A DNA stretch of 64,000 nucleotides from the NCBI RefSeq assembly GCF_009914755.1, contig NC_060933.1. One strand, 5' to 3'. Source of the DNA: the human T2T-CHM13v2.0 reference genome, Homo sapiens. This document shows positions 31,979 through 44,835 of this stretch, piece after piece (the first letter of the stretch is position 1; every line of letters starts with the position of its first letter). The position numbers were made by a program, and so were the translations under genes. The notes beneath the pieces are model-generated. The model saw nothing but the letters and a program-made list of their open reading frames with translations. It searched no databases and was not told where the DNA came from.

Positions 31979-34049
31979 CTAAACAGAAGCAGCAAGTGTT
32001 GCTGCTACGGGCCTCCAGTGGATTATAAGAAACACAAAACAAATATTCAATTCAATACAACACATGGACAAGAACAGCATACCCAAGTTGCCTTCATAAG
32101 GACTTTCTCAAAAAGACAACAGATAAATCTTCATTAAATCTACATTGGGTTCGTAAGGTACAAATCTAATTCTAATAAACACAAAGTGAGCATTCACAGA
32201 AAGGGATAGCAAACATATCACAGACTTTCTTGGGTTCTGTTACCCAGAGGTGTCACAGTTGTGTGTGGTCAGCGTAAGAAAAACAGTAACAAAAACCACA
32301 GAAAGTACCTGAATGACCAACAATTCATGATAACCATATGTGGAACTGACCAAAATGCTGCCTTCAGGGAAAATGGCTGTTCTTTAGCTTGATGAAAATC
32401 TATTGACATATGTATTAAAAAGAAATTTTAGCTTATTCTGGGTTAAAATCGGTGAATGGTGCCCTCTTATAACCCATGTATTGATTCAAAGGAAATGGAA
32501 CTTCCTTGCGTGTATATACACTAAACTGTGGTAAAGGAAGTTCTCTGGTGGGGCAGGGGGTGGTGGAAGATAGTGTTAATGTAGTTTTGGTACAATAGAT
32601 CTTTTTGTTCACTAAGTACCTTCTCCTTATACCCCCATCCACAGACCTCACGGGAGTATTTACACATACAGTGTTTGTATTTTACACACCATCATGTTTC
32701 CAAGAATATGATTTGGGTTGTGGTATTGCAACATGTTAATGAATAACAGACATTGACTTTGGGGGTTTCCCTAGGACAAAAAGGCAATTGTCAACTTTTA
32801 AGGAAGGAGCCGAAGTTGATGCTTAGGTTTATCCCTATACACAAGAGGACTGTTCTCCATACGCTGGCAACTTTGGGAGTGGTATTTATAAAAAACATTT
32901 AAGCTGCTTTTTAAAAATCCTAGGTTATTGTGGGAGTATATTATTGGTACAAAATTTTTGAAAAGCAATTTGGCAAGATGAATTAAATTCTTCAAAAGGT
33001 AACATACCTTTTGCCCCAGTAATTCTACATATAGAAGTCTAAAAGAAAAAACTTGAATGTGGACAAAAATGTTTCTCACAGTATTTTCTTCAAAAGCAAA
33101 AATTTTAAACACCAAATATTAAGCGCTAATATTTATTAGGTACTGATAAGTACAATGCTAATCATATTAGGGTTATATTGTGATCAGAAAGATGTGGGGG
33201 TTTTCTCTCTGGGAAGCTCCACCTGGAGTTCCCATAACACTTCAACTCAGCCAGCCACAGCTGAAGAAATCACACCTCCTCACCTTCCCTACCCACCCTC
33301 GCTCTCAAACTGGGTTCCCTCCTGTATTTCCCATATGGGCAAATGGTACCACCAGCCACCCACTGAATCATCTCCTTCCCTTATCTCCCTCCTCAAACTG
33401 ATGCCAGAGTCCACTGTCTTAATAACTCTTGGATCAGTCTTGCTGCCACTGCTTTGTCTTGGTCTGTCTTGACTACCTGGTTGTTTCCTTGACTCTGATT
33501 TATCAGCCCCCTCCAGTCCATCCTCCCCACTGCCAGCCTGATGATCTTTAAAAAATACAAATCTGAATCCCATAACCCTACTCCTCAAACTCTTCAGTGA
33601 TTCCCTTCTAGGGCACAGTATAAATGCTTAGCTAACTATGTCCCAGGTACTACTAGGCATTTTCCACGTGACACATTTAACCTTCACACTAGCTAATGAA
33701 GAGTACTGCCATTATCAGCTCTTCTGAAAATGAAGAAACAAGTGATTAGAAAGGTTAGGTGATTGTCCCAGGTCACACATCTGGTAAGGGAGGCCCCCTG
33801 ACATTTGATCTTTGCACTCTAGCTCTGGGGTCTGGGCTCTTGAGTCCTATTCCTGGCCAACAAAGACCTTGGGATGCTTCACCCCTTTAGTCCATCTCCA
33901 CACTTCATCCCGCACCCTGCATTCTAACAGCCAAAGTCCTGGTGTTGGCCCTAACTGCCCTCCTTATTCATGGCATATTTTAACCTATAACTTTTCTTTG
34001 GTGAATCTTTCTTGTCTTCCCCAGGCCACATTCATACTTGATGAATGTT

Positions 34050-34590
34050 AATTAGGTGCCAGCCTCCAGGCACATTCGAGGCACTGGGGCAGAACAGTGA
34101 GCAAGCCAGAGGAGGCTTCCCTGCTTTCAGGAAGTCCCCATTCTAGTGCACTGGGTCGGGGGTCAGAGGGAAAAAAGGGCAGACAATAATTATGTAAGTA
34201 AGTAAACAAGATAACTTCATAGGGAAACATTTTATGAAGGTAATACAAAACAGAGTAACGCCATAGAAAATGACTGAGGAGAGGACATTATGTAGATATT
34301 ATTCAAAGAATGAGATATTTGAGTTGAGGTCTGAATAATCAAGAAAGAGGTGGCCTTGTGAAGATCTGAGGGCAAGGGCTTTGAGGTGAGAAAGGATCAG
34401 CTGTGTTCAAGGACAGAAATAATGTTTGTAGGCAGGTGTGGCGTGAGTAAGGGACAGTGTGATGGGCGATGAGGACAAAGAGATGGAAAGGGGCTGAGTT
34501 GGGCAGGGTCTGGTACATCATGGTAAAGGATGTGGATTTTATTTCAAGTGTGGTGGCATGCTACTGGGGAGTTTAAGCAGGGGATTGATA
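34050..34590 (+). mobile_element. L2 fragment
   Basis: Typical L2 purine-rich segments (ggcactgggg...cagacaataa...gttcaaggacag...tggtaaaggatgtggattttattt). Confidence 0.6.
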
Positions 34591-34685
34591 AGGCCCAACT
34601 AAGCCTCCCTTTGTGCCCGCTGTGCTTTTTCTCTCTCTCCCTTTCCCTTTCTCTCTCCGTCTCACACATACTCACACCATTTTAT

Positions 34686-34759
34686 ACACACACACACACA
34701 CACACACATATATAAATTTTATATATATATATGTGTGTGTGTATATATATAAAATTTAT
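34686..34759. repeat. Compound (CA)n/(TA)n/(TG)n microsatellite with an inverted repeat
   Basis: Read directly from the sequence. Confidence 0.9.
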
Positions 34760-36011
34760 CATGGCTTCTATCATTCTGAGTGGTAATTCTTTGTAAGTAT
34801 CAAGTCCTTAAGAAAAAGATGTTTTGTCATGTATCTTTGATTTTCTGATGCCAAGCACAGAGGGTATACAGAAGGTGGTCAAGGAATTTTTAGTAACTGA
34901 AAAAGGAAAAATCTTTATCCCCCACCCGTCCCACCCAATAGTTGGGGCCTTATAGACTTCTAGACATTGGCATGATCAGCCTTTGGAGAAGAACTCATTT
35001 CTTCTTTCTATCTTAAATCTTTGCTGCCCTTATTCACTCATGCAAACTCCTTCAACTTCTTCTAATGCTTTAAGTGCCTAAAGAATGCAAATGATTCAAC
35101 ATTCTCCTGCATCTGAGTGTGTTAATCCAATGGGCATTTATCAGACATGTACCAGTCACTGTGCAAGGCAAAGGGGATGTAAAAGTTTCTAAACTATGGT
35201 TTAGGGCAGACAGCTCTGACAGTTATGATACCTGGTGATAGGTGCAAAATAGAAATATACTCAAGATACAAAAGCAGCCCAGAGTTAAAACAATGACAAC
35301 AATTGTAACACCTTGTGACTCATATTAAGTGCTGCTGTTCTTATGGGTTCTGGATTTCATGAGCTAGTGAGCATCCTAAGCAAGCTTAGGAAAGAAGTGA
35401 CATCATCTAATAAATGTCCTTGATGATGACCCATGTGCCTCTGGAGGAAGACAGAGGCAAATAGAGGAAGAGCGGCTGATGGAAGAAAATCTCTCTTCCT
35501 CTACAAAAAAGTTGGATGACCTGGAAGACACATGCAGAATAGTCCCCTCCTCAGGGACACCTGCAAAACATGAAGAAGGGGTGCTGTGGCATCCTGGCTA
35601 CAGGATGAGGGTCTCCACGTTACCAGTGGTGAAGCACAGATGGCTTTCTGGTCTATGGTTCTAGAATGTTCCACAGCTTGGGTGGAAAAGGTGAACAAAA
35701 AGAGGGAATTCCACTTCAGTGCACCATTTAGAAATAGAATAGTTCATGATTCAGCAGTTGAATCCAGGTATCTCATAATGTGTAGCAGAGGCTCGTGTTG
35801 ATTTGGGATTGATAGAAGGGGAGGCTGTAAATTACTTTAGTTGCTCTTTCCTTAAGCAATCATTGATGAGCATTTCCAATAAACTGTCCCTTTTAGCATA
35901 TTCAGAAGTAGTGTTAGAAGAAGGGTCAGACATAAGGCAAATGCAATGTAAAAAAGAGCAAAAGGCATCATACCATCTTAACACAGAGAGAAGTTTGTGT
36001 ACGTCAGTGAT

Positions 36012-36084
36012 AGAGAACAAAGAAGAGCATTACATAATGATAAAGGGTTCAATTCAACAAGAAAGCTTAGCTATCATGTATGTG

Positions 36085-36138
<54 letters not shown>

Positions 36139-39100
36139 CACACACCCAACATTAGAGCACCCAGATTCATAAAACAAGTTCTTCTAGACCTATGAAAAGA
36201 CTTAGCCATACAATAGTAGTAGGGGACTTCAACACCCCACTAACAGTGTTAGATCATCAAAGCAAAAAACTAACAAAGAAATTCTGGACTTAAATTCTAC
36301 ATTTGACCAATTGGACCTAAAAGACATCTACGGAATACTTCACCCATTAACCACAGACTATACATTCTTCTCAACTGCATGCACATGGAACATACTCCAA
36401 GATCAAACACATGCTTGGCCATAAAGCAAGTCTCCATGAATTCAAAAAAATCAAAATTAAAATCATACCAGCCATATTCTTGGATCACAATGGAATAAAA
36501 TAGAAATCAATACCAAGAAGATCTCTCAAAACCACACAATTACATGGAAATTAAGCAACTTGCTCCTAAATGACTTTTGGGTAAATGATGATATTAACTC
36601 AGAAATCAAAACATTCTCTGAAATAAATGAAAAGAGAGACACAGATACCAAAATCTCTGGGATGCAGCAAAAGCAGTGTTAAAAGGAGAGTTTATAGTGC
36701 TAAATGCCTACCTCAAAAACTTAGAAAGTTCTCAAATTAACAATCTAACATCACACCTAGAGGAACTAGAAAAACAAGAACAAACTAACCCCAAAGCTAG
36801 CAGAAAAGAAGAAATAACTAAAATCAGAGCAAGAATGAAGAAAATTGAGACCCAAAAATCTATACATAGAATCAGTGAAGCCAAAAGTTGGTTATTTGAA
36901 AGGATAAACAAGATTAATAGACTGCTACCTAGGTAAACAAAGAAAAAAAGAAGATCCAAATAAATACAATCGGAAATGACAAAAGTGACATTATAACCAA
37001 TCACACAGAAATACAATAGATACTCACAGACTATTATGAACACCTCTATACACACAAACTAGAAAATCTAGAGGAAATGGATAAATTCCTGGAAACACAC
37101 ACTCTCCAAAAATTGAATCAGAAAGAAATTGAAACCTTGAACAAACCAAGTTCCAAAACTGAATCAGTAATACAAAAAAAAACAAAAACCTACCAACTGA
37201 AAAAAAAAACCCTGTAACAGATGGATTCACAGCTGAATTCTACCAGATATGCAAAGAGCTGGTACCAATTCTACTGAAACTATTACAAAAATTATGGAGA
37301 AGGGACTCCCTAACTCATTCCACAAAGCCAGCCATTATCCTGATACCAAAAACCTGGAAAAGACACAGTGGAAAAAGAAAACTAGAGACCAATATCCTTG
37401 ACAAACATAGACACAAAAATCCTCAACCAAATACCAGCAAACTGAATCCAACAGCACATCAAAAAGTGATCCTTGATCAAGTAGGCTTCATTGCTGGGAT
37501 GCAAGGTTGGTTCAACATATGCAAATCAATAAATGTGGTTCACCACATAAACAGAATTGAAAACCAAAACTATATGATCATCTCAACAGACTTGGAAAAA
37601 GCTTTTGATGAAATCCAACATCCCTTCATGATAAAAAGCCCTTAAGAAAGTAGGCATCAAAGGAACATACCTCAAAATAATAAGAGCCATCTATGACAAA
37701 ACCACAGCCAACATCATACTAAATGGGCAAAAACTGGAAGCATTACCTTTGAGAACTGGAACAAGGCAAGGATGCCCACCGTCATCACCTATTCAGCATA
37801 GTTTTGGAGGTCCTAACCAGAGCAATCAGGCAAGAGAAACTAATTAAAGGCATCAAAATAGGGAAAGAAGAAGTCAAAACTCTCTCTTTTCCCTGACAAT
37901 GTGATTCTATATCTAAAAAACCCTAAAGACTATGCCAAAAGGCTCCTAGAACTGATAAATAACTTCAGCAAACTTTCAGGACATGACATCAATCTACAAA
38001 AATCAGTAGCACATCTATGCACCAATAACGTTCAACCTGAGAGCCAAATCAATAACTCAATTCCGTTTCAAATACCTGTGCCCCCCACCCCCCAAAAATC
38101 TAGGAATACATCTAAGCAAAGAGAATAACAATCTCTACAAGGAGAACTATAAGACACTGCTAAAAGAAATCATAGATGACACAAACAAAGGGTAAAATGG
38201 ATTGAAAGAATCAGTATCATTGAAATGGCCATACTACCCAAAGCAATTTACAGATTCAATGTTATTCCTATCAAACTACCAACGTCATTTTTCACAGAAC
38301 TAGAGAAAACTATTCTAAAATTTATACGGAACCACAAACGAGCCTGAATAGCAATCCTAAGCAAAAAGAGCAAAGCCAGAGGTATCACATTACCAGACTT
38401 CAAACTATACTATAAGGCCACAGGGACCAAAACATCATGGTACTTGTACAAAAACAGACACATAGAGGAATGGAACAGAATAGAGAATTCGGAAAGAAAG
38501 CTACACACCTACAGCCATCTGATCTTCAGTCGAAGTCAAGAAAAATAAGCGACGGGGAAAGGACTCCTTGTTCAATAAATGGTGCTAGGATAGCTGCCTA
38601 GTGATATGCAGAAGAATGAAACCAGACCCCTATTTTCCACCATGCAAAAAATTAAGGTGGATTGAAGATAAATGTAAAATACCAAACTATAAGACTTCTA
38701 GAAGAAAACCTAGAAAACATCATTTGGTCTTGGGGACACCACATCAGCCTTGGGAAAGAATTTATGATGAAGTCCTCAAAAGCAATAGCAACAAACACAA
38801 AGATTGACAAGTGGAACATAATTAAATTAAAGAGCTTCTGCACAGCAAAAGAAACTAACAACAGAGTAAACAGATAACCTATAGAAAGAGCGAAAATATT
38901 TGCAAACTATACATCTGATAAAGGTCTAAAATCCAGAATCTATAAGGAAGTTAAACAGTTGAACAAGCAAAAACCAAATAACCCCATTAAAACGAGGAAA
39001 AGACATGAACAAACACTTCTCAAAAGAAGACATACAAGTGGCCAAGAAACATATGAAAAAATGTTCAATATCACTAATCATCAGAGAATTGCAAGTCAAA

Positions 39101-39830
39101 CCCACAATGAAGTAGCACTTCACCCAATCAGAATGGCTGTTACAAAAACTCAAACAACAACAGATGCCAGTGAGGCTGTGGAGAAAAGGGAACATCTATG
39201 CACTGTTGGGTGGAATGTAAATTAGGTTAGCCACTGTGGAAAGCAGTTTGGAGATTTCTCAGAGAACTACAATTCGACCCAGCAATCCCACTGCTGGGTA
39301 TATATCCAAAAGTCAATTGTTCTCGGTAGAATATTGTTCTACCAAAAAGGCACATGCACTTGTATGTTCATCACAGCACTATTCACCATAGCACAGACAT
39401 GGAACCAACCTAGGTGCTCATCAATGGTGGGCTGGATAAAGAAAATGTGGGACATATACACCATACACCATGGAATACTATGCAGCCATGAAAAAGAGTG
39501 AAATAATGTCCTTTGTAGCAACATGCATGCAGCTGGAGGCCATTGTCCTAAGCAAAGTAATGCAGGAACAGAAAACCAAACACTACATGTTCTCACTTAC
39601 AAGTGGGAGCTAAACATTGGGTACTCACGGACATAAAGATGGTAACAATAGACAGTGGGGACTACTAGAGTGGGGAAGGACAGAGGAGGGTATGGGTTGA
39701 AAAATTACTGGGTACTATGCTCAGTTTTGAGTGATAGTATCAGTCACATCCCAAACCTCAGCATCATGCAGTATACCCAGATAACAAATCTGTACATGTA
39801 CCCCCTGAATCTAAAAGTTGACATTTTAAA
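36012..39830 (+). mobile_element. 5'-truncated old primate L1 (L1PA15/16-like), about 3.8 kb
   Basis: Degenerate ORF2 from the EN domain onward with many stops and frameshifts; the 3'UTR ends cccaaacctcagcatcatgcagtatacc...cccctgaatctaaaa. Confidence 0.88.
36078..36145. repeat. (TA)n(CA)n microsatellite inside L1 ORF2
   Basis: Read directly from the sequence. Confidence 0.9.
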
Positions 39831-40259
39831 AAATTGTGAAAAAAATGTTAATATAAATGACTTGAGCACATGGTACGTTTATTAATATTATTATTTCCTA
39901 AATAAGGCTATGTAGGGTTGGAAAACAAGCAGTTAAGCTACTTTTGATCTATTTTGAAATGAAGCTGGGTATAGATCAATTAATCAAACAACAAAACACA
40001 AATACTGAACTATGCATAGGCCAATATATGTGGTATTTTACTTACTATATTTCTAGCCCTCACAACAGTCCCAGTGGGAATTATTATCTGCATTTTCTGA
40101 TTATGAAGCAGAAGCTCAGGCAGCTTAAATAACTTGTCCAAGGTCACTTAGAGCTGAAAGGGGTGGAGGAGGTAGATCTGCCTGGCTCTCACTGTTTGTG
40201 CTCTTCCTATTACATTACACTGAGCCCATAAAGTGATACAATTGATTTTTTTAAACAAA

Positions 40260-40810
40260 CATCTAAATTGGTGTAATCCCTTTTAGAATAGTCACCTTGG
40301 CTGACTCTATACTTACTCTATACTTACAAGTTCCAAGGGCACTGTGTTTGCTGAAAACACTTTGGCCACTCCTACATTGGAAGTGATTTCGAAGTTAATT
40401 TTTGGGCTTTGAAACTACCAGCAAATCACTTTCAATATTCTATAATCATTTTTTGTTATATCTGATTTTTTACCTTAAAGGGTATCATCCAGGTAATATC
40501 ATGCTAATATCATGCACCTTATTTAGAAGATTTGGCTGTGAACGCTTTTTGATGTTCTCCAAATATCAAGTATATCCCTAAAAGATGAAGATGTGCATCA
40601 AACCAAGATTATTAAAAAGACTCTGGCATAAGCTCTGAAGTTAATTCCAAAAGATGGCTTTAAAAATTGCTTTGGCTAGTGGCCACATCTTTAATATAAG
40701 CCTTCATCCTCACAGAGAAAATAAAAGGACAGAAGCCAATTGGGTGAATATATTTATATTATTGTGTGATGACTACAGAATCAGGTTCATTACTTTTATC
40801 CCACCTTGCA
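40260..40810. mobile_element. Possible MARNA-like Tc1/mariner relic
   Basis: tagtcaccttgg...tatacttact...aaaacactttgg resembles the recalled MARNA consensus; heavily diverged. Confidence 0.4.
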
Positions 40811-42333
40811 GTCTGTATAATTTTTGCTAACACTAACCAGGCAGGAAAATTAATTCATCCACTTGGATTAATTCAGTAGTGCCAACCACAAAGCTCTGAT
40901 CACAGCCCAGCCTTTGATTAAAGAGAAAATTTTGAATTTATGCAGACTTTCTTATTGTCTAGCACTTTAACAATCCAATCATTCATTTATCATTCTGATT
41001 CCAATAAAATACATGAAATAAGCTTAAGGCAATCACTGAAACTCAGAGGGGAGATCTTGCAAATTTTACAGAAAACTCAAGAGACAGTCTCTGGAAATTA
41101 AAGCCAATTAAAAGTCTATCTGAATTTTTGTGAAATGCCTTGGTATAAAATCAAAAATACCTACATAATTCATAATTTATTGAAGGTTATACAAACTTGG
41201 TATTTTTATTCTGTTACAATCCCTTTTTTATGCTCCTACACAACTTCCTTTCTACTGTTATCTCTATTGCTACACTACACTAAGTGGGGGCGAGGGTATT
41301 AAATCACCAGGTACAATCAATCTGTACCATTTTCACACACACACACACATACGTACACACACACACAACACTACAGTATTAAGGATAGTAAGTCTCTAAA
41401 ATCAGTTAAGCTATGTTAGTTTTCAGAGGCTCATTAATTCACACTGCCAAAGGAGATGAAAACAGTGATATCAGGCAAATAACGAATTGAACAGTAATTC
41501 ATTAAAATGTAGTCTTTTTTTTTGAGACCACATCACTTCAAATTTACTGCTATTGTTATGTTTACAGATTATTTGGCTCATTAAAAGTCAGTTAACTTGC
41601 CTGTCTCTATTCTCTCAAGTTTTCTGTAGCTTCTTCTAGCATCTTCCTTCTCCAAATTTATACCAGAATATCAGCTGCAATCCTAATTATGAAGCTTCAG
41701 ATTGAATTCTTGTTCCTGAGCTTCTTTGTATTCATAGATCAGGAAAGCAGCAAAGACTATGCTGGTCATAATCCTCAAACATATTTTTGGTTATGCCTCA
41801 AATCTGCTATGCTAGGGCTACACTAAATGATTAAAAGCAGCCACATTCAGGAAGGCTCACTTCCTGACAATTCAGCTTCACAACTCCCAAAGAACAAAAT
41901 CCACTAAGCAACTATTAGGTAGCAACAATGGAGATGCCTTAAATTTGAATTTGATGAGCCAGAAATCCCATAATGATTCAAAGCCTCCCAAGACAATCAA
42001 TTCTCTAAGTTCAGTCATGTTAGCAAAAAGTGAACAGGAAAAGAAATATAATGTGGGGAAAGGCAAAAACTATTTTTTCTTAAAAATGACAAGTCGATAA
42101 TCTGGAAACCCATAATAGTTCATTGGCCGTGTTGATCAGAATGTAAAGAGATATGGTATCTGCATTTATACTCTTCTAGTTCACTAATTTCATTTTGGCT
42201 CCCAATAAGGGAAGATCAGTAAAATCCAAATGTGGTTTTGAAGATCCACAACCTTTCAGTCACCTCAAGGGAAGACATGAGCTTCCAGAGAAAATTCTTT
42301 TTAATTTGCTTTATTAAAAATAATGTTCATCTT

Positions 42334-42899
42334 CAGATTAAACAGACCACCTATAGAATAGGAGAAAATATTTCCAAATTATGCCTCTGACAAAGGACTA
42401 ATATCCAGAATCCACAAGGAACTCAAACAACTCAACAAGAAAAAAGCAAACAACTCAATTAAAAACTGTGCAAATGACATGAGCAGACATTTCTCAAAAG
42501 AAGTACAAGTGGCCAAGAAACACATGAAAAAAATGTTCACATCGTTAATCATCATCTTATACCAATCAGAATGGCTATCATTAAGTCAAAAAACAACACA
42601 TGTAGGCGTGGATGTGGAGACAAGCAAACACTTATACACTGTTGGTAGGAATGTAAATTAATTCAATCTATATGGAAAACAGTATGGAGAGTTCTCAAAG
42701 AACTAAAAATAGAACTACCATTTGACCCAGCAATCCCATTATTGGAAATCTACTCAAAGAAAAAGAAATCATTATCATATTAAAAAGACACATGCACTTA
42801 TATGTTCATTGCAGCACTATTCACAATAGCAAAGTTATGGAATCAACCCAAGTGTCTATCAATGGTTGACTGGATTAAGAAAAAAGTTGTGTGTGTGTG

Positions 42900-42949
<50 letters not shown>

Positions 42950-43316
42950 ACACTATGGAATACTATGCAGCCATAAAAAAGAATGAAATCATATTCTTTG
43001 TAGCAACATGGATAGAGCTATAGTCATTATTCTAAGTGAACTAACTCAGAAACAGAAAACCAAACTCCTCATGTTCTCACTTACATGTGGAAGCTAAACA
43101 GTGGGTACACACGGATATGAAGATGGAAACTATAGATACCAGGGACTCCAAAAGAGGAGAGGGTGGTAAAGGTGACGGTTGAAAACCTTACCTATCTGGT
43201 ACAATGTTCACTATTTGCGTAATGGATACACCAGAAGCCCAGTCCCCACCAGTATGCAGTATACCCATGTAACAAACATACACATGTACACCCTACATCT
43301 AAAATATAATTTTTTT
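42334..43316 (+). mobile_element. 5'-truncated L1 (L1PA17/L1PB-like), about 1 kb
   Basis: ORF2 end plus 3'UTR. Degenerate 17-bp TSD aaaataatgttcatctt (42317-42333) and aaagtagtgttgatctt (43317-43333). Confidence 0.85.
42888..42946. repeat. (GT)6(AT)6(AC)n compound microsatellite
   Basis: Read directly from the sequence. Confidence 0.92.
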
Positions 43317-43524
43317 AAAGTAGTGTTGATCTTACTGAAGATAGCATAGGGAAGACTGAGGTGGGAGATTATATCACATACCACACCACTTATCCTCCAA
43401 AAAAAGTCTGTATTGGTTAAATTTTCCAAAGTCTTCCTTCTCAGTCACCAGCCATAGGGTTGCCCCTCTATCCTACATAGTCGTGAGTCTTAATGGTTCA
43501 TGTCTCTCCCTTCTGGATCATCAC

Positions 43525-43820
43525 AGTCCAGAAAAAAATGTAATGTGAGTCACATATGTAATTCAAAATTTTCTAGTATGCACATTAAAATTTTTTTAAA
43601 AAGAAAATTTTAATATTTTATCTAATATATTCAAAATATTATTTCAACATATGATCAATATAAAAATTATTATTGAGAAAGTCTACATTCTTTTCTTCCT
43701 ACAAAGTCATCAAAATCCATAGTGTATCTTACACTAGAGCACATATCAATTTGGACTAGCCCCACTTCGAGTTTGACAGTTACACATGGCTAGTGGCTAC
43801 CATGACAGACAGGACAGTTC
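43525..43820. mobile_element. MER33-like hAT MITE
   Basis: cacatatgtaattcaaaattttctagt...cacatggctagtggctacca. Confidence 0.65.
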
Positions 43821-44404
43821 TAGTCCTTCCTTCTAAGCCTCCTAAACTCTTTCTTTTCTTTTGCAGAATAATTTGGCTGTGTCAGCTCTTCCAAAAGTGC
43901 GTACCATCACCCTCCTTCATCACCCTGTTCAACAAAGAAAAGACCCTTCAATTATCAGAATTTTCTCTCTTAAATAATAGGACATTATGAACCAAGTCCT
44001 ACACTGCCTGGTCCTCAGTCTCCCAAGGGGCCTGGCTCCATTATTCTTCCATCCCTCATTCCTTACCCCTGTCCTCTAATTTCAGGTCTCAATGGGCCCC
44101 TCACTGTCATTGCACCTGCTCCTTCCCCTCTCCAGCACTCCAGCCTTGTCCTCCCTTTTGCCTTATGTGTCCCACAGACAATCCTCAGTTGCATGACCAC
44201 AGCTCACCCACTGCCCCTGCCCTTCAGCACTCATGGCCTCTGTAGGTAAATCAGTAGGAGAAGTTGCCCAAAGATTTCTTAGACAGGCAATGAGGCTCAG
44301 GTGAAGCCAGGGAAAGTAAAAACAGAGAGAACTCTTTTCTCTCACTTGGAGGAGGAGTTGGAAGAGGAAAGAGAACCCTAGGAACTGGGGAATGGAGTAA
44401 AAGG

Positions 44405-44580
44405 CAGGAAAGCATAGTGGTTAAGAATGCACACTGAGTCAGACTTCAGACTGAGGTTCCAATCTCAGTTCCAGCACTCACTGGCTATGTGACCTTGGGC
44501 AAGTCACTTAACCTTACTGTGCTTCAGTTTTCTCTTCTCAATCTGGCTCATACTGCAAGAATTAAATAAGCTAATGTAGC
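44405..44580 (+). mobile_element. MIR
   Basis: gcatagtggttaagaat...tgtgaccttgggcaagtcacttaacct...cttcagttttctc. Confidence 0.8.
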
Positions 44581-44604
44581 TCTAAGAACAAGAATTTAAA
44601 AATA

Positions 44605-44835
44605 TACTTGTCAACCCATAGATTGCACAACACAAAGAGTGAACCCTAATGTAAACTATGGACTTCAGGTGATAATGGTTTATCAATAGGTTCATCAATT
44701 GTAACAAATGTACCACTCTGGTAAGAGATGTTGATAGCTGGGGAGGTTGTGTGTGTGTAGCAGAGGGGGAAGGGGGAATATGAGTACTCTGTACTTTCCA
44801 TTAAATTTTTCTGTAAATCTATGCTGCTATACAAA
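44605..44835 (+). mobile_element. L1MC 3' end fragment
   Basis: aagagtgaaccctaatgtaaactatggactt...tgtaacaaatgtaccactctgg. Confidence 0.7.
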
